A DNA stretch of 52,355 bases, filler included, from Squatina squatina (Eukaryota): assembly GCA_031763465.1 (NCBI GenBank). It is 3 parts of 3 records of this genome, joined end to end, with 100 filler letters (N's around TTAATTAATTAA, not from the genome) between each part and the next. Parts side by side here need not be neighbours in the genome. Positions count along the whole stretch, not along the records: positions 1 to 15,430 come from JARFOE010000001.1; 2 more parts are not named here. The stretch is one strand, 5' to 3'. Below, piece after piece: positions 1 through 11,800 of the stretch. Numbering within the stretch: position 1 is the first letter of the stretch; each line of letters opens with the position of its first letter. A program made the position numbers and the translations under genes. The notes under the pieces were generated by a model. It was not told where the DNA came from and did not search any database. It saw only the letters and a program-made list of their open reading frames with translations.

Positions 1-88
1 ATAAGCACCTTCTGACTCTCTCCCTTCCGCAGTGTATACCGAACCCAGCATCCAGCAAAGCCAGACAGAGCCAAGAAGAATACACAAA

Positions 89-461
89 ATGTCTCGATCG
101 TTTTACGTTGATTCCTTGATCATCAAAGACTCTTCAGTGAGACCTACTCCTGTCTTGAACGATCACGGCCAAGACTTTCTGATTCCCATTAGCGTCCATT
201 CTCCAACTATGATGTCGGTTTCTGGTCCCGTCTGTCCGTCCAGAAAGACGGGCACTTTCTGTGTCTGTCCCCTTTGTGTCACGTCCCATATCCACTCATC
301 CCGGAATGGGATCCCACTACTGAAAAGCCAGTTCCCAAACGGAGATCCCCAGTACTGTCCACGAATCAACCAGCAGTCAAACCCCGGGCTCGGGCATCCA
401 CCTGTTTGCACACCCACTTACAGCGTAACAGACCCTAGGAGATATCACTGCCTTACCGTGG
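89..461 (+). CDS. GSX2: GS homeobox 2, coding exon 1 (124 codons plus 1 nt, phase-1 intron follows)
   Basis: ATG at 89 gives MSRSFYVDSLII, the Gsx2-type N-terminal motif (Gsx1 starts MPRSFLVDSL). Also present are CPSRKTGTFCVCPLCVTSHIHSSR and YSVTDPRRYHCLT, both characteristic of Gsx2. Donor G|GTATGT at 461/462 falls at the usual pre-homeobox intron position. The ORF-track start at 32 is a GTG in the 5' UTR. Confidence 0.95.
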
Positions 462-923
462 GTATGTAAAACACAACCTAACTTGCAAGTGTCAGCTACC
501 TGAGGACAGGTTGCGAGTTTGGCCAGATATGTGCGCTGAGAGAGAAATCATGGTTTAACTGCCAAACGCTCTTTGCTATTTTAATTGCAACTGTAACTAT
601 CTCTATAGTATAAGCACACTTAATATTTGGAAGACATGGTATTGTTTTGAAGAGGGGTTTCTGCTCTCGCCGTGGACAGTAGGTAACATCTTTGGAGCAA
701 GAGGTGAGCGGTTGGTAAACGATCCCGCGCTTCAGGATTTGTATGATTAAAATATCCGTCCGAATGATAAAGGCAAGGTGAAAACTTAGGTGCGAGTTTA
801 GTAAAAATGGATCAATACACTTTAATTCCAGCGCAGCAGTTATTTATAAAAAAATCAGTTTCCTAACTGGTGTCTATAATTTATATGTATTTTCAGGGGA
901 CAGGAGAGAGATTATACTGTTGG
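462..923 (+). other. GSX2: Gsx2 intron 1 (5' part, runs into assembly gap)
   Basis: Starts with a GTATGT donor, has an in-frame stop at 467-469, and contains no homeobox sequence before the gap. Confidence 0.8.
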
Positions 924-1567
924 NNNNNNNNNNNNNNNNNNNNNNNNNNNNNNNNNNNNNNNNNNNNNNNNNNNNNNNNNNNNNNNNNNNNNNNNNNNNN
1001 NNNNNNNNNNNNNNNNNNNNNNNNNNNNNNNNNNNNNNNNNNNNNNNNNNNNNNNNNNNNNNNNNNNNNNNNNNNNNNNNNNNNNNNNNNNNNNNNNNNN
1101 NNNNNNNNNNNNNNNNNNNNNNNNNNNNNNNNNNNNNNNNNNNNNNNNNNNNNNNNNNNNNNNNNNNNNNNNNNNNNNNNNNNNNNNNNNNNNNNNNNNN
1201 NNNNNNNNNNNNNNNNNNNNNNNNNNNNNNNNNNNNNNNNNNNNNNNNNNNNNNNNNNNNNNNNNNNNNNNNNNNNNNNNNNNNNNNNNNNNNNNNNNNN
1301 NNNNNNNNNNNNNNNNNNNNNNNNNNNNNNNNNNNNNNNNNNNNNNNNNNNNNNNNNNNNNNNNNNNNNNNNNNNNNNNNNNNNNNNNNNNNNNNNNNNN
1401 NNNNNNNNNNNNNNNNNNNNNNNNNNNNNNNNNNNNNNNNNNNNNNNNNNNNNNNNNNNNNNNNNNNNNNNNNNNNNNNNNNNNNNNNNNNNNNNNNNNN
1501 NNNNNNNNNNNNNNNNNNNNNNNNNNNNNNNNNNNNNNNNNNNNNNNNNNNNNNNNNNNNNNNNNNN
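924..1567. other. Assembly gap (644 N), probable location of Gsx2 homeobox exon 2
   Basis: I found no RMRTAF or WFQNRR coding sequence elsewhere in the window. The gap is large enough for the exon, and an AATAAA follows at 1855-1860. Confidence 0.55.
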
Positions 1568-1854
1568 AACAGTGCCCAGTGCCCAGCCCCCCATCCCCAC
1601 CCCCACCTCCTCAAACTGTGCTTCCTGTGCATGAAGTTCTGCAGCAGGAGCACAAATTCCAAACATCCATCTTTTAATATGCATTATGACCAGTGATTTC
1701 TGTCTTTCAAGGCTGACAATCTGAGGTAGCAACACAGAATCACCGAGTATGGTTAGAGACTTTCTGCGGTGGGGGTGGGGGGTGGGAAAAAGGGAGCTCC
1801 AAAGCTCTTGAGATTTGAAGTGCCAGTATTAAACTTTTCCAGGCCAAGATACAG

Positions 1855-1860
1855 AATAAA
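1855..1860 (+). terminator. Candidate Gsx2 polyadenylation signal AATAAA
   Basis: First AATAAA downstream of the gap, with ATTAAA also at 1828. Supported by position only. Confidence 0.25.
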
Positions 1861-2454
1861 GACCCTGATAATCACGCGAGCCTCAGAAAACCAATCCCTA
1901 CAACAGCAGTGTAATATCTTCCCATTTCACGCTTTGTGTTGAAATACAAGTCTACTCAGACCTGGATTCAGGCTGTCTAAACCTATTTTATGTAAAACAT
2001 TCACAGCAAGCAGGGCTGTGAGATAGAGACTATTGTGTCATTGAACAAAGCTGGAGCCAAACGCACACCTCCAAAGGTGTGCAATACCTAATCCCAAAAA
2101 AGGAATAACTAAAACAAAAACTCTCAATATACAAAAGTTCCCTCGACTAGAGTAAAGTGACAAACTAAACAAATTTAATTTTGGGCGTCAACTTAGGTCA
2201 TATGAACAAATGACCATTAAGGATTCTTGACAAGGTAAGGAGCAAAGTGATTTTATTCATAGCTCTGTTTGTGCTTCAGAATTCTTGATGGTTATTGAGT
2301 CTTTGGTAATGTCTAAGGTGATTAAATATTGAAGCCGTTCACAAAACTGCAGCTTTTCCATCAAACACCAGTAAACTAGCAGCATTCCAATTATTATTTT
2401 AGATAATTAAAGTCAATTGATTGCGTAGGGCTAATTTTAAGCTAATACACCCAA

Positions 2455-2826
2455 GAACTTTGCCAACCGTCCAGGATTACCCTGGAGTCTCCAGCAATTA
2501 AAGAGTAATCTCCTGAACACTGCTGCAAGCAACCCCAGGAGAAAAATCATTGGGGTAAATAAAAGTTGCGATTTTTTTTCATTTTTTTTAAATGCTTTCG
2601 TTGATTAGTTATAAAATTGTTGGAGAGGGGGTTAAAAAGGCTTTGACTGACAGTCATGAATTACCCTATTGGGTCAGGAAGAGTCTGTTTGCTTTCCAAT
2701 TGGCATGTGAAGGCGGTGTGCTGCGAGGATGGGTGTGTTGAGCAATCAATGGTGTGGGGGCGAGGCAACTGGAGGCGGGAGGTCATGTGGTGAAACCACC
2801 TGGATTACATTAGAGTTGGCAACCTG
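2455..2826. mobile_element. hAT-like MITE (non-autonomous DNA transposon)
   Basis: The termini ..TTGCCAACC and GTTGGCAACCT form inverted repeats of the (CAGGG)TTGCCAAC hAT type. The interior is non-coding. Confidence 0.6.
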
Positions 2827-3139
2827 ACTGTCCAGTAGGAAACCGATGTGATCGGATCGGCAGCCTCTTTAGGCCTTTTCTGCAGGGTTTCCGCCAAAGT
2901 TACGATGGGAGATCAAGAGCAACCTCACAAAAATTCCCTGCCATTGACTCTCAGTGGGCTCCAGTTTTCCAAGGGCCAACCACTCTCTGGTGCGATGAAT
3001 AAATGGCTATAAATGGCTAGGCAGTGAGTGTGAGTGTGTGTTCGTGGGCTATTGAACTTCTGAATATTACACCCCCATTCCGTCTTCACCTGATGACCAC
3101 ACACACAAATAGTTTCCAGCAAAGGTGAATAGATAGAAA

Positions 3140-3280
3140 TCAGGAGCAGGAAACCTGACTAATTATTCGCTGCTCCGATACACTGCTGCCTCAACTGAGA
3201 TCAGCTAAGTGCAGACCAAGGATGGAACCTGGGAGTTTGTACAGCTCAGTATCACATTGGATGGTTAACCCAATGAGCCG
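3140..3280 (-). mobile_element. tRNA-headed SINE fragment (LF-SINE-like shark family)
   Basis: The reverse strand reads GGCTCATTGGGTTAA...CCCAGGTTCCATCCTTGG (A/B-box-like). It shares AACTGAGAT..GCTAA..CAGAC and TCAGG.G.GGAA.C with the copy at 26690-26900. Confidence 0.55.
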
Positions 3281-4854
3281 AAGAACGGTTATAGGCCAAA
3301 TCTTTTTACAACATATCTCAGAAAGCCGGTTAAACATGTGGGACAGAGACAAGAAGGATTTACTCTCCCTTTTAATTCTAAGAGAATTGTCAGGGCAATA
3401 AGAGAAGATAAATTGGAACTTTATTCATTGGGTAGTAGAGAGAAAATAGCCACAGATTAATGAACTATTGACAATTTCCATCTGTTGAAAGGCCGAAGTT
3501 GGCAATGCCCGGGACTGAGCGTGGGGAGCCCGGCTGGGCTAGCTGTGGCGAAGGGCGCATTGTGTGTCTTTTCAATGGAGGCGACAATGATGGATAGGAA
3601 AGCATTGAGGAACCCAGAGGAGTGATTCAGCAACTCGTAAACCAGTGTCACTGTTAGACATGGCCCGAGGTGCTTTTATGATGCCTTATTAGCCCTATCT
3701 ATACAATANNNNNNNNNNNNNNNNNNNNNNNNNNNNNNNNNNNNNNNNNNNNNNNNNNNNNNNNNNNNNNNNNNNNNNNNNNNNNNNNNNNNNNNNNNNN
3801 NNNNNNNNNNNNNNNNNNNNNNNNNNNNNNNNNNNNNNNNNNNNNNNNNNNNNNNNNNNNNNNNNNNNNNNNNNNNNNNNNNNNNNNNNNNNNNNNNNNN
3901 NNNNNNNNNNNNNNNNNNNNNNNNNNNNNNNNNNNNNNNNNNNNCTCTTTTTTTTCAAAATAAACGAATCTTTCTAGCAGAGCTCGTTTAGAAAACAACG
4001 GTAATGCTAAAGCATCACGCCAGATTCTATTGATTGGTGAAACATCATTTTGGAACTTTTTTTTTTACAAAAGGCGATGCATCAACCGAGCAGTTTTGAT
4101 TTTTAGTATTTTGCAATGTAACCTAGCAGCTTGGGTCTTTCTTTAAAGTGCAAGTTGCGATGAGCCTAACCATTGGATATTGAAGTCACAAAGTTCACAG
4201 CTTTGATCTTTCAGCGTTTTGAAGTTTATGTTTTTACATAGTGTAAAGCTAAACCGAGTCTACATTACGCAGTCGTCACACGTTTGGCGTAAAGAACATT
4301 AGTAACATTGACAACTTGATCCAAAAGGCGCCGTTTATTTTCAGTTTCAATGCACTAAAAGGTTTATATATTTCTCTCTCTCTCTCTCTCTTGGAACCTC
4401 TGCAAAAGCGGAAAAAAAGACTACGTTCGCCAAGGGAACGCTTTGACAGGTATTCTGCTGCCAAAGACTTGCATTGCATTGAGTGGGACCCCCGACGGAT
4501 GCAAACCCAGAGCCTTTGAACGCGGAGCTGAAGGGCTCCAATGTCGGCTTAGTGAACGATTTAGTCACTGTTTCATTAAGCACTATTTGAACCTTACAAC
4601 ATGTGGTAATTTCTCGGGGCAAGTTAACCGCCGTGTAAAAGAAGGATTATGTGGTAAGGACACAAGAAAATTAGCGAACGGTTAATTTAACTCGTTTCTG
4701 GCAGAATTTTCGATACATTCCTAATTGACTGGGGAGACAGGTGAAGTTGAAGCCCAGGCGCATTCAGGAAGTGAATGGTGGAGAATAGTCTGGTTAGTGC
4801 TGTATATTTCCGAAACGCGTTTGACATCTGTAGTTTGACTTCTGCAAGGGCTTT

Positions 4855-4954
4855 GTATTGTGTCCACTGCTGTTCATCATTTTCATTAGTGACCTGGAGG
4901 AGGGATTTAACGGGAAACATACTGAAATTTGCAGATGACACAAAAATGTAGGCA
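4855..4954 (+). mobile_element. CR1 LINE reverse transcriptase fragment
   Basis: Encodes PLLFIIFISDLEEG and, after a frameshift, ILKFADDTK, which is the CR1 RT catalytic motif. Confidence 0.85.
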
Positions 4955-5729
4955 NNNNNNNNNNNNNNNNNNNNNNNNNNNNNNNNNNNNNNNNNNNNNN
5001 NNNNNNNNNNNNNNNNNNNNNNNNNNNNNNNNNNNNNNNNNNNNNNNNNNNNNNTGCAAAATCTGGCTACTTTTAGATCATTAAAGTTACCTCTGCAACT
5101 AATTGAGGAACATATAGTCTTTTCATTGATGTTTACTACCTGTTGAAATCTGTTCTTTTATCTGTCCCTCCCATTTCTTCAGCAGTTAGCTTCCCAATAA
5201 TAGATTAGTCAGATCGCCATCCATTGGACTCCCAGGGGGATTCTTTCAATCTCCTGCCGTAATGCTGGCAGAAGATGAGTAACGGATTGGAACAACCACT
5301 GAAGAAATGTTACCCCAATGTTTTTATTGCAAGGTCAAGGTGTCTTTGTGGTGGAGGTCAGTGAGAATTTCTGATATGTGCTTCTGTTGTGCGGGGCTCT
5401 CTTGGAGTGCAATTTCACAAATTTCCCCTCTAATGTCATCATTGTGTTAGAAGACTGTCACCTCCATTTAACATTCCTTATTGATGCTTTTAACTTGCAA
5501 TAATTACACCATTACTAGTAATTAGAGTCATGTGACCTGGAGCAACAAGTTATACTACCGCACTTGTGCTATTTGGGCCAAGTAGCTTTCTGCCCGAGGA
5601 CTTGAACAAACAGTGTCCAGTCACTGGTATCTAACTACTGGTGACATTTTTTAATGTCAGTGGAGTCCTGCCAGTTCTTTATTAATATTAAAGTCTAAAA
5701 GTGATCTACTGGATTTTAAACTTAACGGG

Positions 5730-5835
5730 ATATTGGCTGAGACAGTAGCTGTTCACTTCTGGGTCCTAGATTTAAATCCAGCCCAGATTGATGGAATAGA
5801 AGTCTCCTTTGTCTACTAACTGTATGGGTTCATTA
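5730..5835 (+). mobile_element. LF-SINE-like head fragment
   Basis: TTCACTTCTGGGTCCTAGATTTAAATCCAGCCCAG resembles the LF-SINE tRNA-derived head as I recall it. A related reverse copy lies at about 49340-49397. Confidence 0.5.
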
Positions 5836-8800
5836 GAAGTGTTTCCATAATGTGAATAATGAGATTACCTTCTTGAGGTGCTCCCGTACCCCTTTCCAAA
5901 ATTTGAATTGGATTAGTTACAATAAACTCAAGTTATACAGTACTTCAATGACACATGAAAAGTGTGCAGCATCGAGGCAAAAACTAGAGTATAAGTGGGT
6001 TACACATCCTATATATGTTGCAATACTCAAGATTATATTTCCCTACACAAAAACTTATGTCAATGTAAGATAGAGTTTTGACCTCACTCTGTTACAAAGG
6101 GTGGAATTAGTTAAACAGGATATTTCGAACAACTTTATTAAATAATTATTGACAACTTCAGTTAAGAGATAATGCTTTACATGCAAGTCAAAGATATGTT
6201 TATGAAACAAGATAAACCCCTTGTGTTTTTTTTAATTTATGGTTTACCATGTTTAAAATACAACACCCATTTGTTCTCAGTGCTGACTTGTCCAGTTACT
6301 GAAAGCGCTGCCAAATAAAAGTTGCAGAACAAGGCTGACTTTTGCCCTTGTATCTTGTGTAAACAGAAAAGCCAACAGTGTGCAGCTAAAGATAGACATT
6401 GAATATTCTGTTTTACATAGCAACGCACAGCAACACACACCAAAGCACCTGTAAGGAGATGAAAGGTTTGATTTGATCTCCATATTAAGGAACACTAAGG
6501 TTTCAAAGTACACTTGTACTGATAGGTTTGAGAACACTTCAGACTGTTGAACAGGGACATTTCCTTATGTTCCAGGAGTGCACCCTTTGAATACTTGCAA
6601 CAGCAGCACCTTCCCCGGTCAATACAAGCACAGCCAACATGTCATTTCCTAACAATATAAGTGTGGGGTGTGAAAAGAAAGTTTGTATTAAAGGTGATTT
6701 TATAAAGACATTATTGATCCATGAAACTGCAACTTGCTTGGACTTCCAGTGGAGGAATATTAGTCACGCTGCTGTAAACAAATTGGATCAGAGTTTGTCC
6801 TGGAAAAGATTTCAGAGGAATGTCTTAGTATTTTGCAGTGCTTATTTGAAGTGCTAGCATATTTTGCATGGCATTGCTTATAGTGACTTGGAGGTGATCT
6901 TGTTATGGGGTGGAGGGAGGGGGTGCTGGAATGTGGAACTAAGGGAGGGGTGTATATGTCCACTGAAAGGATTTGGAAAGAAGCTTGTGAGAGATCTGCC
7001 TAGATAAGCTGGAGTGAGCAATCTTGGATTGGTTTCTAGAAAAATACATCAGGGTTCATTTTCTGGCTTTGCATTTCCGCTGGGCAGCCTTACCCAGCAA
7101 ACTGTATATCAGAAATTTGACTGTGTGATGCATATGATTTTCAAATCAGTCATTTAAATATTGGAAATTCATGCACAGCTTGTGTCCGAATTCCCAATGT
7201 GTGCTTCTAGTGGGCAAGATTATTGGGGTAAAAAGTTGAAACATTCCTAGAAGGGGCCAAATCTTCTTGGCTCTCCAGCATAATCCCACTGTAACTCTGG
7301 CATAAGTCTGGCAGAACAGCTTGGATCTAAGCTGGGACCCAGATAGACCAGTCCTGATCTCATCTGGGAATTTGCACATGGTCTTATAAGGAGCGGAATG
7401 TCTGCCCACTCCTAACCAAATCACTGACATGGAGAGGGTGAAAGGCCANNNNNNNNNNNNNNNNNNNNNNNNNNNNNNNNNNNNNNNNNNNNNNNNNNNN
7501 NNNNNNNNNNNNNNNNNNNNNNNNNNNNNNNNNNNNNNNNNNNNNNNNATTGAGCTGACTGGGGACCCTCAGCAAGCCATCAAGGGACACATATGGTGTG
7601 CATTTTAACGCTTTCTATCAGAGGCATAGCCTGATAAGAAACAAATAAACAAACAGATCTGTCAATTTGGGAGAAGTTTTTTTACCCTCCTTTTACCCAT
7701 TAGGACCACACAGAGCCACCCTGCTTGCTGGGCAGTTTCTTTAATTGCCTTTCCCGGCAGATTTATTCACTCCACTATAAGGAAGAGGGTCCAGCTGGCC
7801 CGATTGACTGAACAAACCGCGTTTGGCTAAAGGCACAGAGAGGATTGAAGAACTCGGGAGAGCTTTAAATAATGGGATTCGCAAATAGTGTCCCAGTTGG
7901 TGAAATGTTTCTCTTGGTCTCGGTGATTATTTACATCGAGGCTGTTCTAATAAAGTCCAGGCAATCAACTGAGGAGTTTGTCTTCCTTCATTACGTTAAA
8001 TGAAGCAGATTAGCTACAGGGTGAAGGGGAACTGCGTTTCAGGCCCAGAGCTGGCTTTGCCCCTCCTCCCGCCAAACTCCCAGATCTGCAAATTACTTCT
8101 CACACAAGGGAGCTTTTTTTTGGTAAATGTTTGTTAACGAGCGCAAACCAGAGATTATTGGAATGAGACTGGTAATTACAGTTAGATGGGCTAAAAGGAG
8201 CCGGGGTCATTGCTTATTCCCCGGTGAGTGACAGGCCCCGCTCTCTGGCTGCCGTCCCGCGGATGCACTGAAGCCTCATCGGCTGGATGATCATAAACAG
8301 GACGATCCTTTGATTTCCGCTGTGTAATGCTGCTGTTTGGGACAGTTTTGCTTGTTTAAAAAGATACATCAAAGCATTCATTTTGAATAAGGTCACAATA
8401 CAACTGGAAAATAAAACCTAAGTAATTGCTGGAATGCGGAATACTGCAGCAAATTGCATCTTATTACATGAAATCGAGTGAAATCTATGGGGTCGCTTCC
8501 ACCCAGCCTGGTATAGAACACCAAAGGCTGTACTTAGAACATTNNNNNNNNNNNNNNNNNNNNNNNNNNNNNNNNNNNNNNNNNNNNNNNNNNNNNNNNN
8601 NNNNNNNNNNNNNNNNNNNNNNNNNNNNNNNNNNNNNNNNNNNNNNNNNNNNNNNNNNNNNNNNNNNNNNNNNNNNNNNNNNNNNNNNNNNNNNNNNNNN
8701 NNNNNNNNNNNNNNNNNNNNNNNNNNNNNNNNNNNNNNNNNNNNNNNNNNNNNNNNNNNNNNNNNNNNNNNNNNNNNNNNNNNNNNNNNNNNNNNNNNNN

Positions 8801-11800
8801 NNNNNNNNNNNNNNNNNNNNNNNNNNNNNNNNNNNNNNNNNNNNNNNNNNNNNNNNNNNNNNNNNNNNNNNNNNNNNNNNNNNNNNNNNNNNNNNNNNNN
8901 NNNNNNNNNNNNNNNNNNNNNNNNNNNNNNNNNNNNNNNNNNNNNNNNNNNNNNNNNNNNNNNNNNNNNNNNNNNNNNNNNNNNNNNNNNNNNNNNNNNN
9001 NNNNNNNNNNNNNNNNNNNNNNNNNNNNNNNNNNNNNNNNNNNNNNNNNNNNNNNNNNNNNNNNNNNNNNNNNNNNNNNNNNNNNNNNNNNNNNNNNNNN
9101 NNNNNNNNNNNNNNNNNNNNNNNNNNNNNNNNNNNNNNNNNNNNNNNNNNNNNNNNNNNNNNNNNNNNNNNNNNNNNNNNNNNNNNNNNNNNNNNNNNNN
9201 NNNNNNNNNNNNNNNNNNNNNNNNNNNNNNNNNNNNNNNNNNNNNNNNNNNNNNNNNNNNNNNNNNNNNNNNNNNNNNNNNNNNNNNNNNNNNNNNNNNN
9301 NNNNNNNNNNNNNNNNNNNNNNNNNNNNNNNNNNNNNNNNNNNNNNNNNNNNNNNNNNNNNNNNNNNNNNNNNNNNNNNNNNNNNNNNNNNNNNNNNNNN
9401 NNNNNNNNNNNNNNNNNNNNNNNNNNNNNNNNNNNNNNNNNNNNNNNNNNNNNNNNNNNNNNNNNNNNNNNNNNNNNNNNNNNNNNNNNNNNNNNNNNNN
9501 NNNNNNNNNNNNNNNNNNNNNNNNNNNNNNNNNNNNNNNNNNAACCAAGTGCGGAAATTTGCACGGTTTTAGCAGTTCCGCAGCAGACCCCCCATCCCAA
9601 TTCACTTTGCACCAAGCTTACTCTGCGCTTGACGTTTATCCACGCATACATTTTCCCGGCAAAGTCGGCGGTCGGTGTGTTTCCCAGAGCCTGCAATGGC
9701 TTTCGGGGTACAACAAGCTCAATCAATTGGGCGCACAGTATAACTCCGTCTGTCCAATGACGTACACTCAAACAAGTACCATACCGGTCTCAGACTTGTG
9801 AAGGTCATGTAACTGCACTCTAACCAGCATGGATCATTCATCAATTGCCTAGACGTTAACGGAATTGCTAGATTCAAAGGCAGCTGAAATAACCGAACTT
9901 ATTTTGAAGTGAATTTCCTAGTTTGAATGTAGGTAACCAAAACTGAAACATGAGTGTGAGTGCCGCATGAACAGTGGGAGTAAAAACTAGACAAGCCCTG
10001 GAGAAAGAGGGCGAGCAAATCAGAGAGAAGTACAAAGAATAAGAAAAGGTAGAGAGAAAGAGGAGGAGGGCGAGAGGCAAAAGTACAGATGCAAAGAACG
10101 AGACCTTCTCCGGTTTGTAACATGACCTTGTTTACATTAAAAACACTCAGATATTGTCTCCGATAATGACGAGCCCTCGACTGTTTCTTTCGGGGTAATA
10201 CGGTATCTCCGAGCATCCAAAAACAAGAGCTGCCTAGATTGGCCTCGCCGTTGCCTCCAATGATTTCCTGAAGCACATGTGGAAGTAATAGTTCGCCTGT
10301 ACATTCACAGCGCTGAAGATATATTACTGCAGCTAGCGGCTGGAGGCAAGATGAGAAACAGCAGAGCAACAAAAAAAACAGGAGAACCATCAAACTTTCA
10401 ATAGAGACCTGGAGCTGGCCCATACTTTACACACCCGTTTACAACCCCGGCACTTATTTCAATCCCCCCACCCGGCAATCCTTGGGTTGTTTTCTGCCCC
10501 TGCGATGGTCTGTCCGTAATGAAGAGGGACAGGGACTGAGCCTGCGAGGCAAACATTTCAAAACGACCTTATTGTGCATCCTATTGGGGTTTTCTATGCA
10601 AAGGGACGCGGCAGTCGTCAGCATCGCCTCAAAGCTGGGCACGACCCCCCCCCCTCCCCCAGAAGAGAGCAAGGGCGCCTCCTGCTCTCACTGATGGCAG
10701 TTGCTTTATGTCATTACCAGAAACGATTAATTTACAACATAGTAAAACAATTATACCCAGTGTTCAGGAATGTGTTCTGCTTTTCTCTAAACCTTAAAAA
10801 ACATTTTTGTTCTCTGCAGATTTATTGTGGTTGAAAACATTCAGAAAAATAAAAGCATTTTATGCAGTTCCCCTCCCCCCTAAAAAAACGCCTAGTTTCC
10901 CCTCAACCCCAAATAGTTTTCATTTTAGTTAAACTAATGCCACAAATGCAAATTCTTTCTGTTACGGGTAGGTTTGTCCCGAGAAGTTGTCCCGATAAAT
11001 TCAACAGGGGTCAGCTTGAGAAGGAAATCCATTCATAAAGAACAGCATTCCGTCAGCGCATTCTCAGAAGAGAGGGGCACAAGAGAAGAAAAACATTTCC
11101 CTCCACATAAAACTTTCTTCAAAAAACACATATGGCAATTTTCGGAGCAGGACAGCCCTGGATGTGACTGTGCCCTGCGTGGATAAGAGTTGGGAAGGCC
11201 CAGTCTCTGCAGCCTGAGGCCAGCTGCCTGAGAGCTGCTGACTCTTATTCTGAAGCGACCACAGGGGCTTCATTTCCTGACAGTTATTTACTTAAAGCAG
11301 ATGATTAGTTTTGGAAGGATGGACTGCAACATTGAATCAATTACAAGCCGCCGTTCTTTGCGCCCATTAACAATCTGAGCCTGGCTCCAGCCTTAAACCT
11401 CTATGCTGCCCCTCGTTGTCATAGGAGTTTGTAGATTTACCACTTTACGCAAGGTAAGGGGAAACCAGATCTAGATTTATTAAGGCGGAGGTCGTTTGTT
11501 TTATCGCCTTGTGTAGCCGATTTAATAAAGAAACCTCGCTTTCCAGAGGAGGAACGGGGATTGCAGACTGTGAGCAGAACTGCCTTGTCGCCCTTGCACC
11601 GATTGCGCTGAGCTTTCTGGATGCACACACACATATCCAGATACTTGTAGAATTGTTTCCACTTTATGCTTCGAGAGTTTTTAGCTCGTTGTATTAATAT
11701 CGCCGACTATTCTCAGAAGATTGTTGTCCTTGGCAAAAAAAAAAGTCGTGTGTGAAAATTGTGCCTTTCTTTGACTTGGATGGGGTTTGAGGTTTGCCGT

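Noticed and set aside
885-923. TTTTCAG|GGGAC acceptor as start of Gsx2 exon 2
   Set aside because: Phase-1 translation gives GDRREIILL, which does not resemble the Gsx2 pre-homeodomain linker.
870-1735. Long ORFs spanning N-runs (also 8418-9771, 18484-19641 and others)
   Set aside because: Their length comes from X residues over assembly gaps.
10310-10345. Faint Pdx N-terminus-like YY.AA remnant
   Set aside because: It needs multiple frameshifts, and no hexapeptide or other Pdx motif follows.
9899-10423. 174-aa minus-strand ORF
   Set aside because: The hydrophobic low-complexity translation derives from purine-rich tracts, and I recognise no domain.
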